IMG/VR virus record: IMGVR_UViG_3300037483_001822
Location: 1-46,632 of that record
Length of the DNA stretch: 46,632 nt
From: a virus
Lineage: Duplodnaviria; Caudoviricetes
Strand: one strand, 5' to 3'
Part shown: in pieces, positions 1 to 8,486 of the stretch
Position numbering within the stretch: position 1 is the stretch's first letter
Layout: the number at the start of each line of letters is the position of its first letter
Position numbers and translations under genes: made by a program
The notes under the pieces: generated by a model
Seen by the model: the letters and a program-made list of their open reading frames with translations, nothing else
The model's database searches: none
What the model was told of the DNA's origin: nothing

Positions 1-420
1 TCATTGCTCTACCCACGGATCCAAGCAAGGGATGCGCTGCACGATACGATATTTCCCTGGCCTCGTCAGCCGCCAGCCTGCGCGAGTCCATACGCTCACT
101 ACCAAGCCGCCCTGGTCCTCCTCCGGCAGCAGTCGGTCGGTTTGCTCGGCAGACAGGTGCAGGCAAAAAGGGGAGTCTGTGCCGTCCTCGAACAGCAGTT
201 CCAGCGCGTCGCGCCCACCTTGCTCTGGCCACGGGCCGCGACTGACGATCACGTACTCTGCTGTGGTCATGTCCTGCAGCGTGGACTGGAGCGCATCAGG
301 CACCAACAGGCGCGCCGCACCGGCATTCCAGGACAGGTAGCAGTACCCGCACAATGCGTGCTCCGTGTCCCAGTAGTTCGTTTGGGTGATTTCCCGCCCA
401 TCATTTTTGATCGTCAGCAT
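1..420 (-). CDS. Hypothetical protein, mobile-element type (TNYWD...YLSWNAGAARLLVPD)
   Basis: Stop at 1-3; ATG at 420 overlaps the stop of the upstream gene; resembles plasmid/phage accessory proteins (from memory, unsearched). Confidence 0.7.
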   Translation of the reverse strand: MLTIKNDGREITQTNYWDTEHALCGYCYLSWNAGAARLLVPDALQSTLQDMTTAEYVIVSRGPWPEQGGRDALELLFEDGTDSPFCLHLSAEQTDRLLPEEDQGGLVVSVWTRAGWRLTRPGKYRIVQRIPCLDPWVEQ

Positions 421-668
421 CTGGGCTCTGTTGGTTGGCTGCACTGTTTTGCTGGGTCATGGTCCCAGCCGTTGTGCCGATTCGATGCGCGGCGGGTGCA
501 GCGCATCGCGTTGATGATAGCCTGAGTGAGGATCTGTTTCTGTCGCGGTGTCTCTCTGCGGCAATTGCCCTCGATCAGGTCCGCAAAATGCCGCAGCTCG
601 CGGGCCAGCTTCTGATAGCTCGGGCGCGTCATCGGTGCGCGCCCTGAGCGGCGGGGGTGGTTGGTCAT
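414..668 (-). CDS. Small basic hypothetical protein
   Basis: ATGA-coupled to upstream gene at 665-668; 84 aa. Confidence 0.5.
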   Translation of the reverse strand: MTNHPRRSGRAPMTRPSYQKLARELRHFADLIEGNCRRETPRQKQILTQAIINAMRCTRRASNRHNGWDHDPAKQCSQPTEPRC

Positions 669-883
669 TCCACGATCCCAGTAGATCGCAAATACCTCAC
701 CGCTGCGAGCTGTGCTCCAGTCCTGCTCGCGTAGTCGTTGAGCGCGCGCAACACGGGATCGCCGCTGGACGTGGTTCCCCAGATTTTCAGCACGTAGCGT
801 TTGGTAGTCCCCAGTCTGGGCGTCTCGTGGTCAATCCGGTAGTGACGACGGGCGGACTCTATGGATTCAAATTGCGTGGTCAT
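665..883 (-). CDS. Small hypothetical protein
   Basis: GGAG RBS before ATG 883; coupled to next gene. Confidence 0.6.
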   Translation of the reverse strand: MTTQFESIESARRHYRIDHETPRLGTTKRYVLKIWGTTSSGDPVLRALNDYASRTGAQLAAVRYLRSTGIVE

Positions 884-937
884 TTTCAATTCTCCAGATT
901 CTGTAGTGGTTGCCCCTCCGGAGAGGGGCGGGGGTGG

Positions 938-1147
938 TCAGTCGATCCAAGTCACTTCGACGGCGCAAATTTCACCGTCTTCGCCGTCTTCAAATTTCTC
1001 GAAGTGGTCGAAGTGCTTGTCGTCGGTGTCATCCATTTTGCACCACTCGGAAAAATCGACCACCTCGCCGGTGTCCTGCGGTGATTCGAGCCATTCGCCA
1101 GTGGTGCGGGCTGCGTCAACGACGAATTTCCTGATTTGCTTTTTCAT
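938..1147 (-). CDS. Small highly acidic protein (69 aa, 20 D/E)
   Basis: AGGAG RBS before ATG 1147; first gene after a strong promoter. Confidence 0.65.
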   Translation of the reverse strand: MKKQIRKFVVDAARTTGEWLESPQDTGEVVDFSEWCKMDDTDDKHFDHFEKFEDGEDGEICAVEVTWID

Positions 1148-1200
1148 TTTCTCTCTCCTGCCCGTCAGAGTCGGCTGAGGCGCCCGTATACCGATGTGGT

Positions 1201-1270
1201 ATGGGGTGTATTCTACGCACCCATTTCTATAATGCAAGACAATTTAGAAAATATTCCAAATTATTTTTGG
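1201..1270 (-). promoter_or_regulatory. Sigma70 promoter of the small-gene operon
   Basis: Minus strand TTGCAT (1237-1232), 16 nt, TAGAAT (1215-1210); AT-rich upstream region; GGGTG/CACCC inverted repeat flanks the -10. Confidence 0.6.
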
Positions 1271-1348
1271 GGCGCGGCTAGCGAATCTGGCACGATTTCT
1301 GCTATGGGCGCCGCAGACGCGGCAGCGCGGGTCTCGAATGTCGTTTCT

Positions 1349-2500
1349 TTATACTTCCAATCGCATCGTCACCGGCATGTAGGGCAGCGCATCCGCGTCC
1401 TGGTAGCCAAGTGTCGTTGCCTCATCTTCATGCGCCATCAGCGCTTGAATCTCTTTCGTGCTGTAGCCTGCAATTTTATATAGAGTTGCAGACAGGCCGC
1501 GTATCTCATGAAACACGACGCCTGCCACCCCGGCCAGTTTGCGCGCTTCATCGAACATCCGAGAAAGCCGATCGCCGGTGACATGCGCCAGGTGCTCCTT
1601 CTTCTCGTTCCACACGCGCCGCTTCGGCCAGTGACTGATCACGAACGGACAGCGCTTGTTCTGCAGCGACACCTCGCGCGCTCGATCGATCAATTTTTTC
1701 AGGTGCGGATGTTCAGCCAGCTTCCAGCTGAGACGCGCTGCACGAGCGGATCCTCGCTGCGCTTCGGACTTGCCCACTACGACCCGCAGCTCTCCATCGA
1801 CTACGTGCTCGATCCAGCGCAAATTGCAGATGTCCCCTTCGCGCAGGGTCGTGTACAGGCTGATGCCCATCGCCAACTGCAGCGCTTCATACCCGAGTTC
1901 GCCGGCAGCCTTGAGCACCTTGTGGTACCCGATCTGCGTCAGCGGCGGCCGTGCCTTTAGCGGCTTCAATTTCACCAGCAGTCGCGGTACATCATCCGCC
2001 ATCGTAAGCGGATTGAACTGCAGTCGCGGTAGCAGGCTCTGGCCCATCAGCCAGTTGAAGAGCCGGCGAAACGGTGCCTGCCTCTGCTTCTGCTGGTGGT
2101 GCGTCAGCCCGTCCCACCAGGTGCGCAGCGTCTCGTGCGTGATCTGGTTCAGCAGCAGGAACTCGCGCGCGAGCTGGTGCATCGCGTACTGGTTGTTCTT
2201 CCACTCTGACTTGCCCTTCAACTTCGGGTTGATCTTTTCCATGTAGGCGATGTACAGCGGCACGTGGAAGGCGAACTGGTGGCGCTGCGGCACGGCGCGC
2301 GGGGCAGCGATATCCTGGTCGCGCATGCTGTTCGCTTCTTCGGCCGCGGCATTCGCCTCGGCAACAGTGGCCGCCCGGAACGTCTTCATTGATCTGTCCG
2401 GGCGCAGGTAACGGTACACTCCGGGACGCTTGTAGGCGTCCAGGTAAAGGTTGTCGGCAAGTGGAATGCCGTCGACAAGGCGGGGCTTTTTGGGTCGCAT
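1349..2500 (-). CDS. int: Tyrosine integrase, lambda Int family
   Basis: Arm-binding-like N-terminus (LADNLY..YRY); catalytic TLREGD, FHEIRGLSATLY, LMAH...TLGY. Confidence 0.95.
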   Translation of the reverse strand: MRPKKPRLVDGIPLADNLYLDAYKRPGVYRYLRPDRSMKTFRAATVAEANAAAEEANSMRDQDIAAPRAVPQRHQFAFHVPLYIAYMEKINPKLKGKSEWKNNQYAMHQLAREFLLLNQITHETLRTWWDGLTHHQQKQRQAPFRRLFNWLMGQSLLPRLQFNPLTMADDVPRLLVKLKPLKARPPLTQIGYHKVLKAAGELGYEALQLAMGISLYTTLREGDICNLRWIEHVVDGELRVVVGKSEAQRGSARAARLSWKLAEHPHLKKLIDRAREVSLQNKRCPFVISHWPKRRVWNEKKEHLAHVTGDRLSRMFDEARKLAGVAGVVFHEIRGLSATLYKIAGYSTKEIQALMAHEDEATTLGYQDADALPYMPVTMRLEV

Positions 2501-2515
2501 TTTTGAAAGATAGTC

Positions 2516-2746
2516 TCAGGCTCGGGGGGAAAGCAAGTCCAAGCCCGTCACCGTACCGGCTGCCAGGGGTGGTTCTGTCATGCGGTCGTTCACCGCAAAC
2601 CAGTTCAGATCCACGAACGGCTTGCCGTCAATGATCTTTCCCCGCACTACGCCACGCTCGATCCAGTCGAGCCAGGTGGCCAGCCGTGGGGCTGCGCCTG
2701 GCTCGAAGAATTCACGATTGGCTCTGGTGTGGGGAGCGAGGGCCAT
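2516..2746 (-). CDS. xis: Putative excisionase
   Basis: 76 aa directly upstream of int; winged-helix-like TWLDWIERG..GKIIDGKPFVD. Confidence 0.65.
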   Translation of the reverse strand: MALAPHTRANREFFEPGAAPRLATWLDWIERGVVRGKIIDGKPFVDLNWFAVNDRMTEPPLAAGTVTGLDLLSPRA

Positions 2747-2747
2747 G

Positions 2748-2939
2748 TCAGCGGACCTCCCCGCGATTGATCTTGGTGGTGATCCTGTTCAGCGTCTCGT
2801 TCTGTTTTTTGGACAACGGCTTGTCGTCGTCCAGTTCGGCTATGTTGTTGATGAACTCGGACTCCCATTCCGAAAGCATATGCTCGCTGTCGAGAGCGTC
2901 CTTGATGAATTTGATCTGAAGTTTATTTGGCATTGGCAA
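2748..2939 (-). CDS. Small phage hypothetical protein
   Basis: Abuts xis; LSEWESEFINNI motif. Confidence 0.6.
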   Translation of the reverse strand: MPMPNKLQIKFIKDALDSEHMLSEWESEFINNIAELDDDKPLSKKQNETLNRITTKINRGEVR

Positions 2940-2966
2940 TCCCTGCGTCTGGTATGCGTACAGGCT

Positions 2967-3494
2967 TCACAGGAGCGCCCTCTGTGGGTCCATCTCTACA
3001 GTGCTCAATTGTCGTGCAGCCCTCGCCTCAGACGGCCATGACAGCATCCACGGCAGGGGCGACTCGATAGCGGCGCCCTCACTGCGGGTCAGCAGCATCT
3101 TCTGCCAAGAGAAGTACCCGAGCGCGCCGGGAACGCAGACCGGGCTACAGGGTTTGGCATCGGCGAGCAGCAGCCCGCAAGGCCCGAAGAACCAGTCGCT
3201 GTCACTATCCCCCACAACATTCAGCACCCGGACGGTACCGATGATGGCTCCGCGCACCAACTGATCCGGCCGTGGGCAGGTCACACCGATTGACTGCATG
3301 AAGGCGGCAGCGTCTTCGTACTCGTGGCGGGTCATGCCCTTGCTGGCATGGATGCATATCAGGCATGGCCTCATGCCGTGGCGTACTGCAGCGGCGCTGC
3401 GGTTCTCAATGTCTTTGCCAGCATGAACGATCGCCCAGGCCCAGGGCTGGCGGACAGAGAGGGCGATTTCCGGGAGGGGATGCTTGCTGATCAT
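2967..3494 (-). CDS. ASCH-domain protein
   Basis: ALSVRQPWAWAIV..GKDIENRS and IHAS motifs; ATGA coupling at 3491-3494. Confidence 0.85.
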   Translation of the reverse strand: MISKHPLPEIALSVRQPWAWAIVHAGKDIENRSAAAVRHGMRPCLICIHASKGMTRHEYEDAAAFMQSIGVTCPRPDQLVRGAIIGTVRVLNVVGDSDSDWFFGPCGLLLADAKPCSPVCVPGALGYFSWQKMLLTRSEGAAIESPLPWMLSWPSEARAARQLSTVEMDPQRALL

Positions 3495-3733
3495 TGCGAC
3501 TTCCTGTCTGCGCTTGTCAGCCGCTCCTGCGCCATCAGGGTGGCGCATTCCAGTGCATCCTGGATCTGTGCGTCGTCGCGCAGGTTCATGCCCAACGCAA
3601 TGCGTTCTTCTGCCCAGGCACGAATCGCTGCGGGTGCCGCAGGATCGCGGGCAAGCAACACGAACAGGCGCTCGTCAGGGCGTGCTTTGTTCAGGCAGCT
3701 TTGCGGGTTGCTGATCTCATTAGCTTTGATCAT
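3491..3733 (-). CDS. Phage hypothetical protein (FVLLARDPAAP..IRAWA)
   Basis: ATGA-coupled to the RT stop and to the ASCH gene. Confidence 0.75.
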   Translation of the reverse strand: MIKANEISNPQSCLNKARPDERLFVLLARDPAAPAAIRAWAEERIALGMNLRDDAQIQDALECATLMAQERLTSADRKSQ

Positions 3734-5124
3734 GGCGTGAATCCTTTGTCGTGGCCGTATGTTTTGGTGAGCAGATAATCCACCGCCTTGCCCCTGCGCA
3801 GGATCGCGCGGGTCAATTGCAGGCGGGCATTGCGGTTGTGGCTGGCCTGCCGTAGCAGACCAAAGTAGCTGTTGGCGGTATCGCGGAACTCTGGCGCCGC
3901 TACCGTTTCAACTCTGTATATGGCGTGGTGCAGTGTGATCTTTCGGGTGACGCGCCGGTGCGGCAGGATCACTTGGCCGACAAAGTCGATGCCGCGGTGC
4001 GCGGGCTGCAGAATGGTTTTCTGCGGGTTCAATTTTGCGTTGAGCTTGTCGGCGAGGAACCGCTCGATCGAGGCCTTCGCGTCATTCAGCGCTTGAGCAG
4101 ATTCATGCAGCAGCACGAAGTCGTCGACGTAGCGGATGTAATGCCGGATTCGCAAGTGATGCTTCACGAACTGGTCCATCTCATTCAGGTAGACGTTGGC
4201 AAAGAACTGGCTGCTGAGGTTGCCGATCGGCAGGCCGTGGGTTGCTGCCTGTTCTGTCAAGCGTTTGTGCGGTGGTACCCGCGCGAGCAGCTTTTTGCTC
4301 CCGCGTAGCTCGAAATTTTCCCGCGCGTCGTGAAACAGGATCTGGTGGGCAAGGGCTCGCCACCAGGGCTCAGCAATATGGCGGGTGAGCAGGGTCGCCA
4401 GTATCTCCTTGTTGATGTTGACAAAGAAATTGGCCAGGTCGCACTTGAGGTAATAGGCCGGTTTTTCCCAGCCCTGTGTGATGCTGCGGGCTTTTGATTC
4501 CAGACGTGTTGCGCCGTAAAGGGTTCCCCTGCCGGGAATGCATGCGCAGCTGTCGGCAATGAAGCGAGCGTGGATCGTCGGTGAGATGTGGTTGTACAGC
4601 AGGTGGTGCACGATGCGGTCGCGGAACTCGGCGGCCCATACCTCCCGCGGTTTGGGGTGTGTGATTACAAAGCAGATCGAGCGGCCAGGGCGGTAGGCGC
4701 CGGCGCGCAGATCGGCATCGAGCGCGACCAGGTTTTTTTCGAGATCAATCTCAAAGCGAAGTGCGCTGACGCTGGTGCGTTTGGTGCGCCTGCAATCGAA
4801 GTAGGCTTGCACCAGGTCAGCAAAAGAAAAATCAGCATGAGGTATTGCAAACAAATCTGCGGACGGCGCGCACGCGCCACTCGTTGTCCTTGTTGTTGTT
4901 GTTCTGGTTGCCATCACTGAAGTCCTGGACGAACGCGTTGTTGGCGGAGTACTGCGCCGGATCGTGCTATGTCTGTCGCCCGGCCGATTGCTCAACCAGG
5001 AAACTGCGCCGGACCTGACAGGGCGGACCTTGCTGGTATCCGTGGTGCGCATCACGGTGGCCTTGTGGGCCAGCGGCACGACCAGATTCATTTCTCGCAC
5101 GGGTGTGAGCGCCATGACGGTCAC
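3730..5124 (-). CDS. brt: DGR reverse transcriptase (true start uncertain; frame is open through the TR)
   Basis: FRDRIVHH, GLPIGNLSSQFFANVYL, YIRYVDDF and GIDFVG motifs; adjacent avd and TR/VR. Confidence 0.97.
   Translation of the reverse strand: MTVMALTPVREMNLVVPLAHKATVMRTTDTSKVRPVRSGAVSWLSNRPGDRHSTIRRSTPPTTRSSRTSVMATRTTTTRTTSGACAPSADLFAIPHADFSFADLVQAYFDCRRTKRTSVSALRFEIDLEKNLVALDADLRAGAYRPGRSICFVITHPKPREVWAAEFRDRIVHHLLYNHISPTIHARFIADSCACIPGRGTLYGATRLESKARSITQGWEKPAYYLKCDLANFFVNINKEILATLLTRHIAEPWWRALAHQILFHDARENFELRGSKKLLARVPPHKRLTEQAATHGLPIGNLSSQFFANVYLNEMDQFVKHHLRIRHYIRYVDDFVLLHESAQALNDAKASIERFLADKLNAKLNPQKTILQPAHRGIDFVGQVILPHRRVTRKITLHHAIYRVETVAAPEFRDTANSYFGLLRQASHNRNARLQLTRAILRRGKAVDYLLTKTYGHDKGFTP
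4854..4956 (-). repeat. DGR template repeat (TR)
   Basis: 103 nt matching 5544-5646 except at 9 positions, all A in the TR sense strand; 8 AAC codons in the target frame. Confidence 0.97.
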
Positions 5125-5477
5125 ACAGCAGGCGATGTGTTGCTATGACGCTTCCATCCTGTGGCCTGTTTCCCGATGCCCTGGGTTAGTTCCACAAGGG
5201 ATGCGTATTGTTTGGTGGAGATCCATTGCATGTCCTTCGACATGCGCAGCATCAGTTCCACCACCTGCAGTCGTTCAAGCAGTTCCTGGATGTGCTGGAC
5301 CTTGTCCGTGGCAACGTTGGCGCGAAATATCAGCACCATCATCCTCACGCACTCGGCCCGTAACTCCTCGCCGACCAGCCGCTTGAAATCGCGCGGGATG
5401 TTCCGCGTGACCTGCAGCACCCGGCAAAGCAGGTTGTAGGTCTCGCGGTAGATCGGAAGCTCGTGGTGCAGGGCCAT
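5121..5477 (-). CDS. avd: DGR accessory variability determinant (Avd, four-helix bundle)
   Basis: 118 aa, LPIY..YNL, PRDFKRLVGEEL, IGKQATGW; located between target and TR/RT. Confidence 0.93.
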   Translation of the reverse strand: MALHHELPIYRETYNLLCRVLQVTRNIPRDFKRLVGEELRAECVRMMVLIFRANVATDKVQHIQELLERLQVVELMLRMSKDMQWISTKQYASLVELTQGIGKQATGWKRHSNTSPAV

Positions 5478-5495
5478 GCTGAAAAACTCGCGTAA

Positions 5496-5512
5496 AGCGC
5501 GCTGCGCGCGCT
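5496..5512 (-). promoter_or_regulatory. DGR target-recognition hairpin downstream of VR
   Basis: AGCGCGC-GCA-GCGCGCT on the sense strand: 7-bp stem, 3-nt loop, 18 nt after the target stop. Confidence 0.8.
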
Positions 5513-5530
5513 GTTCAATGGGTCAATGGA

Positions 5531-6154
5531 TCAATTGATGATGAATCTGCGGACGGCGCGCACGCGCCACTCGTTGTCCTTGAAGTCGTAGCTCTGGCTG
5601 CCATCACTGAAGTCCTGGACGAACGCGATGTAGGCGGAGGACTGCGAGCTGGTCATGTACCACGCCTCCTCGAATGCCTCAGCGCCGCCGGCGCGGAAGA
5701 TCTCGACGCTGGTTTGCATGGGGTCCCTTTCCGTGTAGGGCAAGCCTGGCGGCAGGCTGCTCGGATTGTCGCCGTCGCGGAAGCTGCAGCGGTTTTCGCC
5801 GGTACCCGGTTTCAGGTGCCGGTAGATCAGTTCGATCTCGTCGCGCGAGGGGACGTACCAGTCCTTGTGGTCGTTGATATCGAGGTTTTGCACCCATTTG
5901 GCGGCTGGGCTGTCCGCGTCGGCCATCGCGGCAGTATTGGCGGGGCCGTCAGCTACATGCGAGGCGCTGTCCAAGAATTCGCCATACTTGCCCCAGGTGC
6001 TTTTCGTCTCGCCCTGGGCCTTCGGCGCCACCACGACGCCGAAGCGCCGGCCGTCGATCTGGATCACGCCGGCAAAATAGCCAGCTTCGATGAAATCGCC
6101 GACAGCGGGGATTGCGGTCGACAATGGGGACTGCGTGCTAAGTGCGTTGTTCAT
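5531..6154 (-). CDS. DGR target protein, DUF1566/C-type-lectin-fold-like
   Basis: AGGA RBS before ATG 6154; DWYVPSRDE, WYMTSSQ and C-terminal RVRAVRRF motifs; carries the VR. Confidence 0.9.
   Translation of the reverse strand: MNNALSTQSPLSTAIPAVGDFIEAGYFAGVIQIDGRRFGVVVAPKAQGETKSTWGKYGEFLDSASHVADGPANTAAMADADSPAAKWVQNLDINDHKDWYVPSRDEIELIYRHLKPGTGENRCSFRDGDNPSSLPPGLPYTERDPMQTSVEIFRAGGAEAFEEAWYMTSSQSSAYIAFVQDFSDGSQSYDFKDNEWRVRAVRRFIIN
5544..5646 (-). repeat. DGR variable repeat (VR)
   Basis: 3' end of target gene; encodes QSSAYIAFVQDFSDGSQSYDFKDNEWRVRAVRRF versus TR QYSANNAFVQDFSDGNQNNNNKDNEWRVRAVRRF. Confidence 0.97.
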
Positions 6155-6227
6155 GGTGCGTTTCCTGTGTGGTTTGGTTGGTTGTTGAGGTAGATCTACT
6201 GATCCCGCGGTTTGCACTACTGAGCGA

Positions 6228-8207
6228 TCACGACACCGGCTCCTCGCCGAGGGTGTGGTACAGGAAGCCCTCCGGGAGCCAGCAATGATGGGTGCCGGCT
6301 TGATTGCTTTTCAGTCGTTCTCCCATGTAGTTGGCGAGCGCCTTCTTACCCTTCAGGCCGGCGATGTTCTTCTGATGCTGACCGCCATCCATGATCACGC
6401 CGGCGGCATGGATCGTGCTGAGCGGTACGCGCTGAAAGAAACATTCGGCGCTCGGCCGCCAGTGCTTGGCCAGCCGCGCGCCAATGCCCTGCAGCAGCAA
6501 GTCGATGAACGGTGTTTCATCGGCGTCTGACATAAAGCTCTTGCCGCGCAAGGTGAGGGTCGCGCAGTAACCCACGAGACGCTGAACATCCTGGGCATCG
6601 AGCAACCGGAAGGCTTTCCAGCTTTCCTCGATCGAATCGTGGAGCCAGTCGAGGTTCAGGGTTTTGCGGTATTCGAAGAGCTCCTGGTGCATGCGAGAGT
6701 CCTCGATGTCATGGAGCGTCGAGTCGCTGAACGACTCGTGAGGAGCCAGCGAGAAATGGAGCGGGCCTGGCTCGCCGCCAAACCTCGACAGATCTGCGTT
6801 GGTGAACAGGCTCCAACAAATCGAGAACTGCATGAGCGTGTACATCAGCTCGTGGTTATAGAGCAGCTCGGCTTTGGCCGCAGCCAGGTGCCAGGCAGCC
6901 AGGTCCGCCTTTACGCTGAGCGAGAAATCAGCCGCCTCATGGTCTGCGTCTGGCGAACTGCTGCTGGTTTTCTGTTTCTTGTTCTCGGCCTTCTTTTTAT
7001 CCGCGGCTTTGATCAGGCCTCGCACGATGCTGAGATTGCCGCTGGAGTCGATCGTGACAACGCAGCCGCCTGCCGCCTTCTGTTTATCGGTGAAGACGGC
7101 GGATGCGTGCTCGATGATCTCTTTTTTATTCTCGATGTCCTCAAGCAGTTCGCGAACCTGTTCCGCGCGGTCATCGGCCGCGGCGTATTCCGCTGCACTC
7201 ACGTCTTCCTCGTGAATGGCATTGAGCTTGTTCAGCTCTGCATCGAGTTTCTTCTCCTGCGCTTCGAGCTTCTTCAGCTCTTTGGTCTGTGCCGGTGTCG
7301 TTTCAACTTTGGGCTTTTGCTTGCTGAAGTCGGTGCTGTATTCCCGGTATTCGAGATCGGCTACGGCCCAGCTCCAGCCTTCGGCCAACACCTGCGTCGT
7401 GGTGGCGTCCAGCTTTTCTTTGAGCATGATTTCCACGAGCGCGGGATCGTGCAGGATGGTTTCCCCCTGGAACAGATCGGTAGATGTCCGGCCGCCGCGC
7501 TCCTGGTAATTCTTGATGCCGATGCACTTGACGATCTTGTCGCGGTCGGTGTAGGTGTTCGTAATGAGCAGCTCGCGGATCTCATCCGGTCGTCTGGTTG
7601 CCCAGTTGCCTTTCTTCAGGAGCGCCTTGTAGACGTCGAGCTGCTTCTCCTTGTCTTCAGTTGCCGCATAGGCTTGCAACGCTTCCACGGGTATTTTCCC
7701 CTCACGGCACAGCATGCGCAGTTCCGCGTGGGCTCCGCCGAGGGCCAGCGTCTTCTTGACGTTGTGCTCGGTGCGGCCGAAATGCAGCGCGATTTCCTTG
7801 ATGCTCACGCCATCGGCGAAGTGCAGTTTGTGAAAAGCCTCGTATTCGTCGATGGGGTGCATGCGCGCGTGAAGCATGTTTTCGATCATGCTGATTTCAG
7901 TTGCGCTGACATTTGCCGGCAGAACAACACAAGCAAGGGCTGTGTTGGCTGGCAGCGCTTTTTCCTTCAACAGGGCCTGCGTCTGCTCCAGGCGGCGGCC
8001 GCCGGCGTGGACGAAGAACTTGCCCTTGCCCTTGCCAGGCTTGACGATCAGCGGCTGCACTACGCCCTGGGCGCGAATGCTGGCCTTGAGCTCCTTGTCT
8101 TCTTCTTTCGTAGCCGGGGTCTTGCGGATGTTGTCCGGCGCGATGGTCAGATCCTTCACGGGAATGATCTGGAATTTACGGCCCTGCGGCTTCGTGCTGG
8201 CATTCAT
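6228..8207 (-). CDS. parB: Long ParB/RepB/Spo0J-family protein
   Basis: LKASIRAQGVVQPLIV, AGGRRL, SMIENM..RMHPIDE, then HTH; 659 aa. Confidence 0.9.
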   Translation of the reverse strand: MNASTKPQGRKFQIIPVKDLTIAPDNIRKTPATKEEDKELKASIRAQGVVQPLIVKPGKGKGKFFVHAGGRRLEQTQALLKEKALPANTALACVVLPANVSATEISMIENMLHARMHPIDEYEAFHKLHFADGVSIKEIALHFGRTEHNVKKTLALGGAHAELRMLCREGKIPVEALQAYAATEDKEKQLDVYKALLKKGNWATRRPDEIRELLITNTYTDRDKIVKCIGIKNYQERGGRTSTDLFQGETILHDPALVEIMLKEKLDATTTQVLAEGWSWAVADLEYREYSTDFSKQKPKVETTPAQTKELKKLEAQEKKLDAELNKLNAIHEEDVSAAEYAAADDRAEQVRELLEDIENKKEIIEHASAVFTDKQKAAGGCVVTIDSSGNLSIVRGLIKAADKKKAENKKQKTSSSSPDADHEAADFSLSVKADLAAWHLAAAKAELLYNHELMYTLMQFSICWSLFTNADLSRFGGEPGPLHFSLAPHESFSDSTLHDIEDSRMHQELFEYRKTLNLDWLHDSIEESWKAFRLLDAQDVQRLVGYCATLTLRGKSFMSDADETPFIDLLLQGIGARLAKHWRPSAECFFQRVPLSTIHAAGVIMDGGQHQKNIAGLKGKKALANYMGERLKSNQAGTHHCWLPEGFLYHTLGEEPVS

Positions 8208-8234
8208 GCTGTGGTTTCCTCTCAGGGGGCTGGT

Positions 8235-8486
8235 TCAGTTTTGCTTTTCGGGTTTGGGGCGGAGCGCGATCTCGACAAGAGCGAAGGCGTCCAGTTCGCT
8301 GATCAGGTTCTGGGCAAGTATTCTCGCGACCGACAGGGGGATGTCTGGCCGCGCAATTTCTTGCATGGTGATGCGGGCCGCCTGCGCGCCGGCATAAAAG
8401 GCCTTGCGGAGCTGGTGTTTCCCGCAGTCGTCGAGGCAGGGCGGGGTAGTGTTTGCGATATAGTCTTCGCACAGGGTGTCGATCAT
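8235..8486 (-). CDS. Phage hypothetical protein
   Basis: ATGA coupling at 8483-8486; RKAFYAGA motif. Confidence 0.65.
   Translation of the reverse strand: MIDTLCEDYIANTTPPCLDDCGKHQLRKAFYAGAQAARITMQEIARPDIPLSVARILAQNLISELDAFALVEIALRPKPEKQN

Noticed and set aside
3730-5124. RT as group II intron, retron or Abi RT
   Set aside because: SQ motif, avd neighbour and A-specific TR/VR pair identify a DGR; no maturase or endonuclease domain
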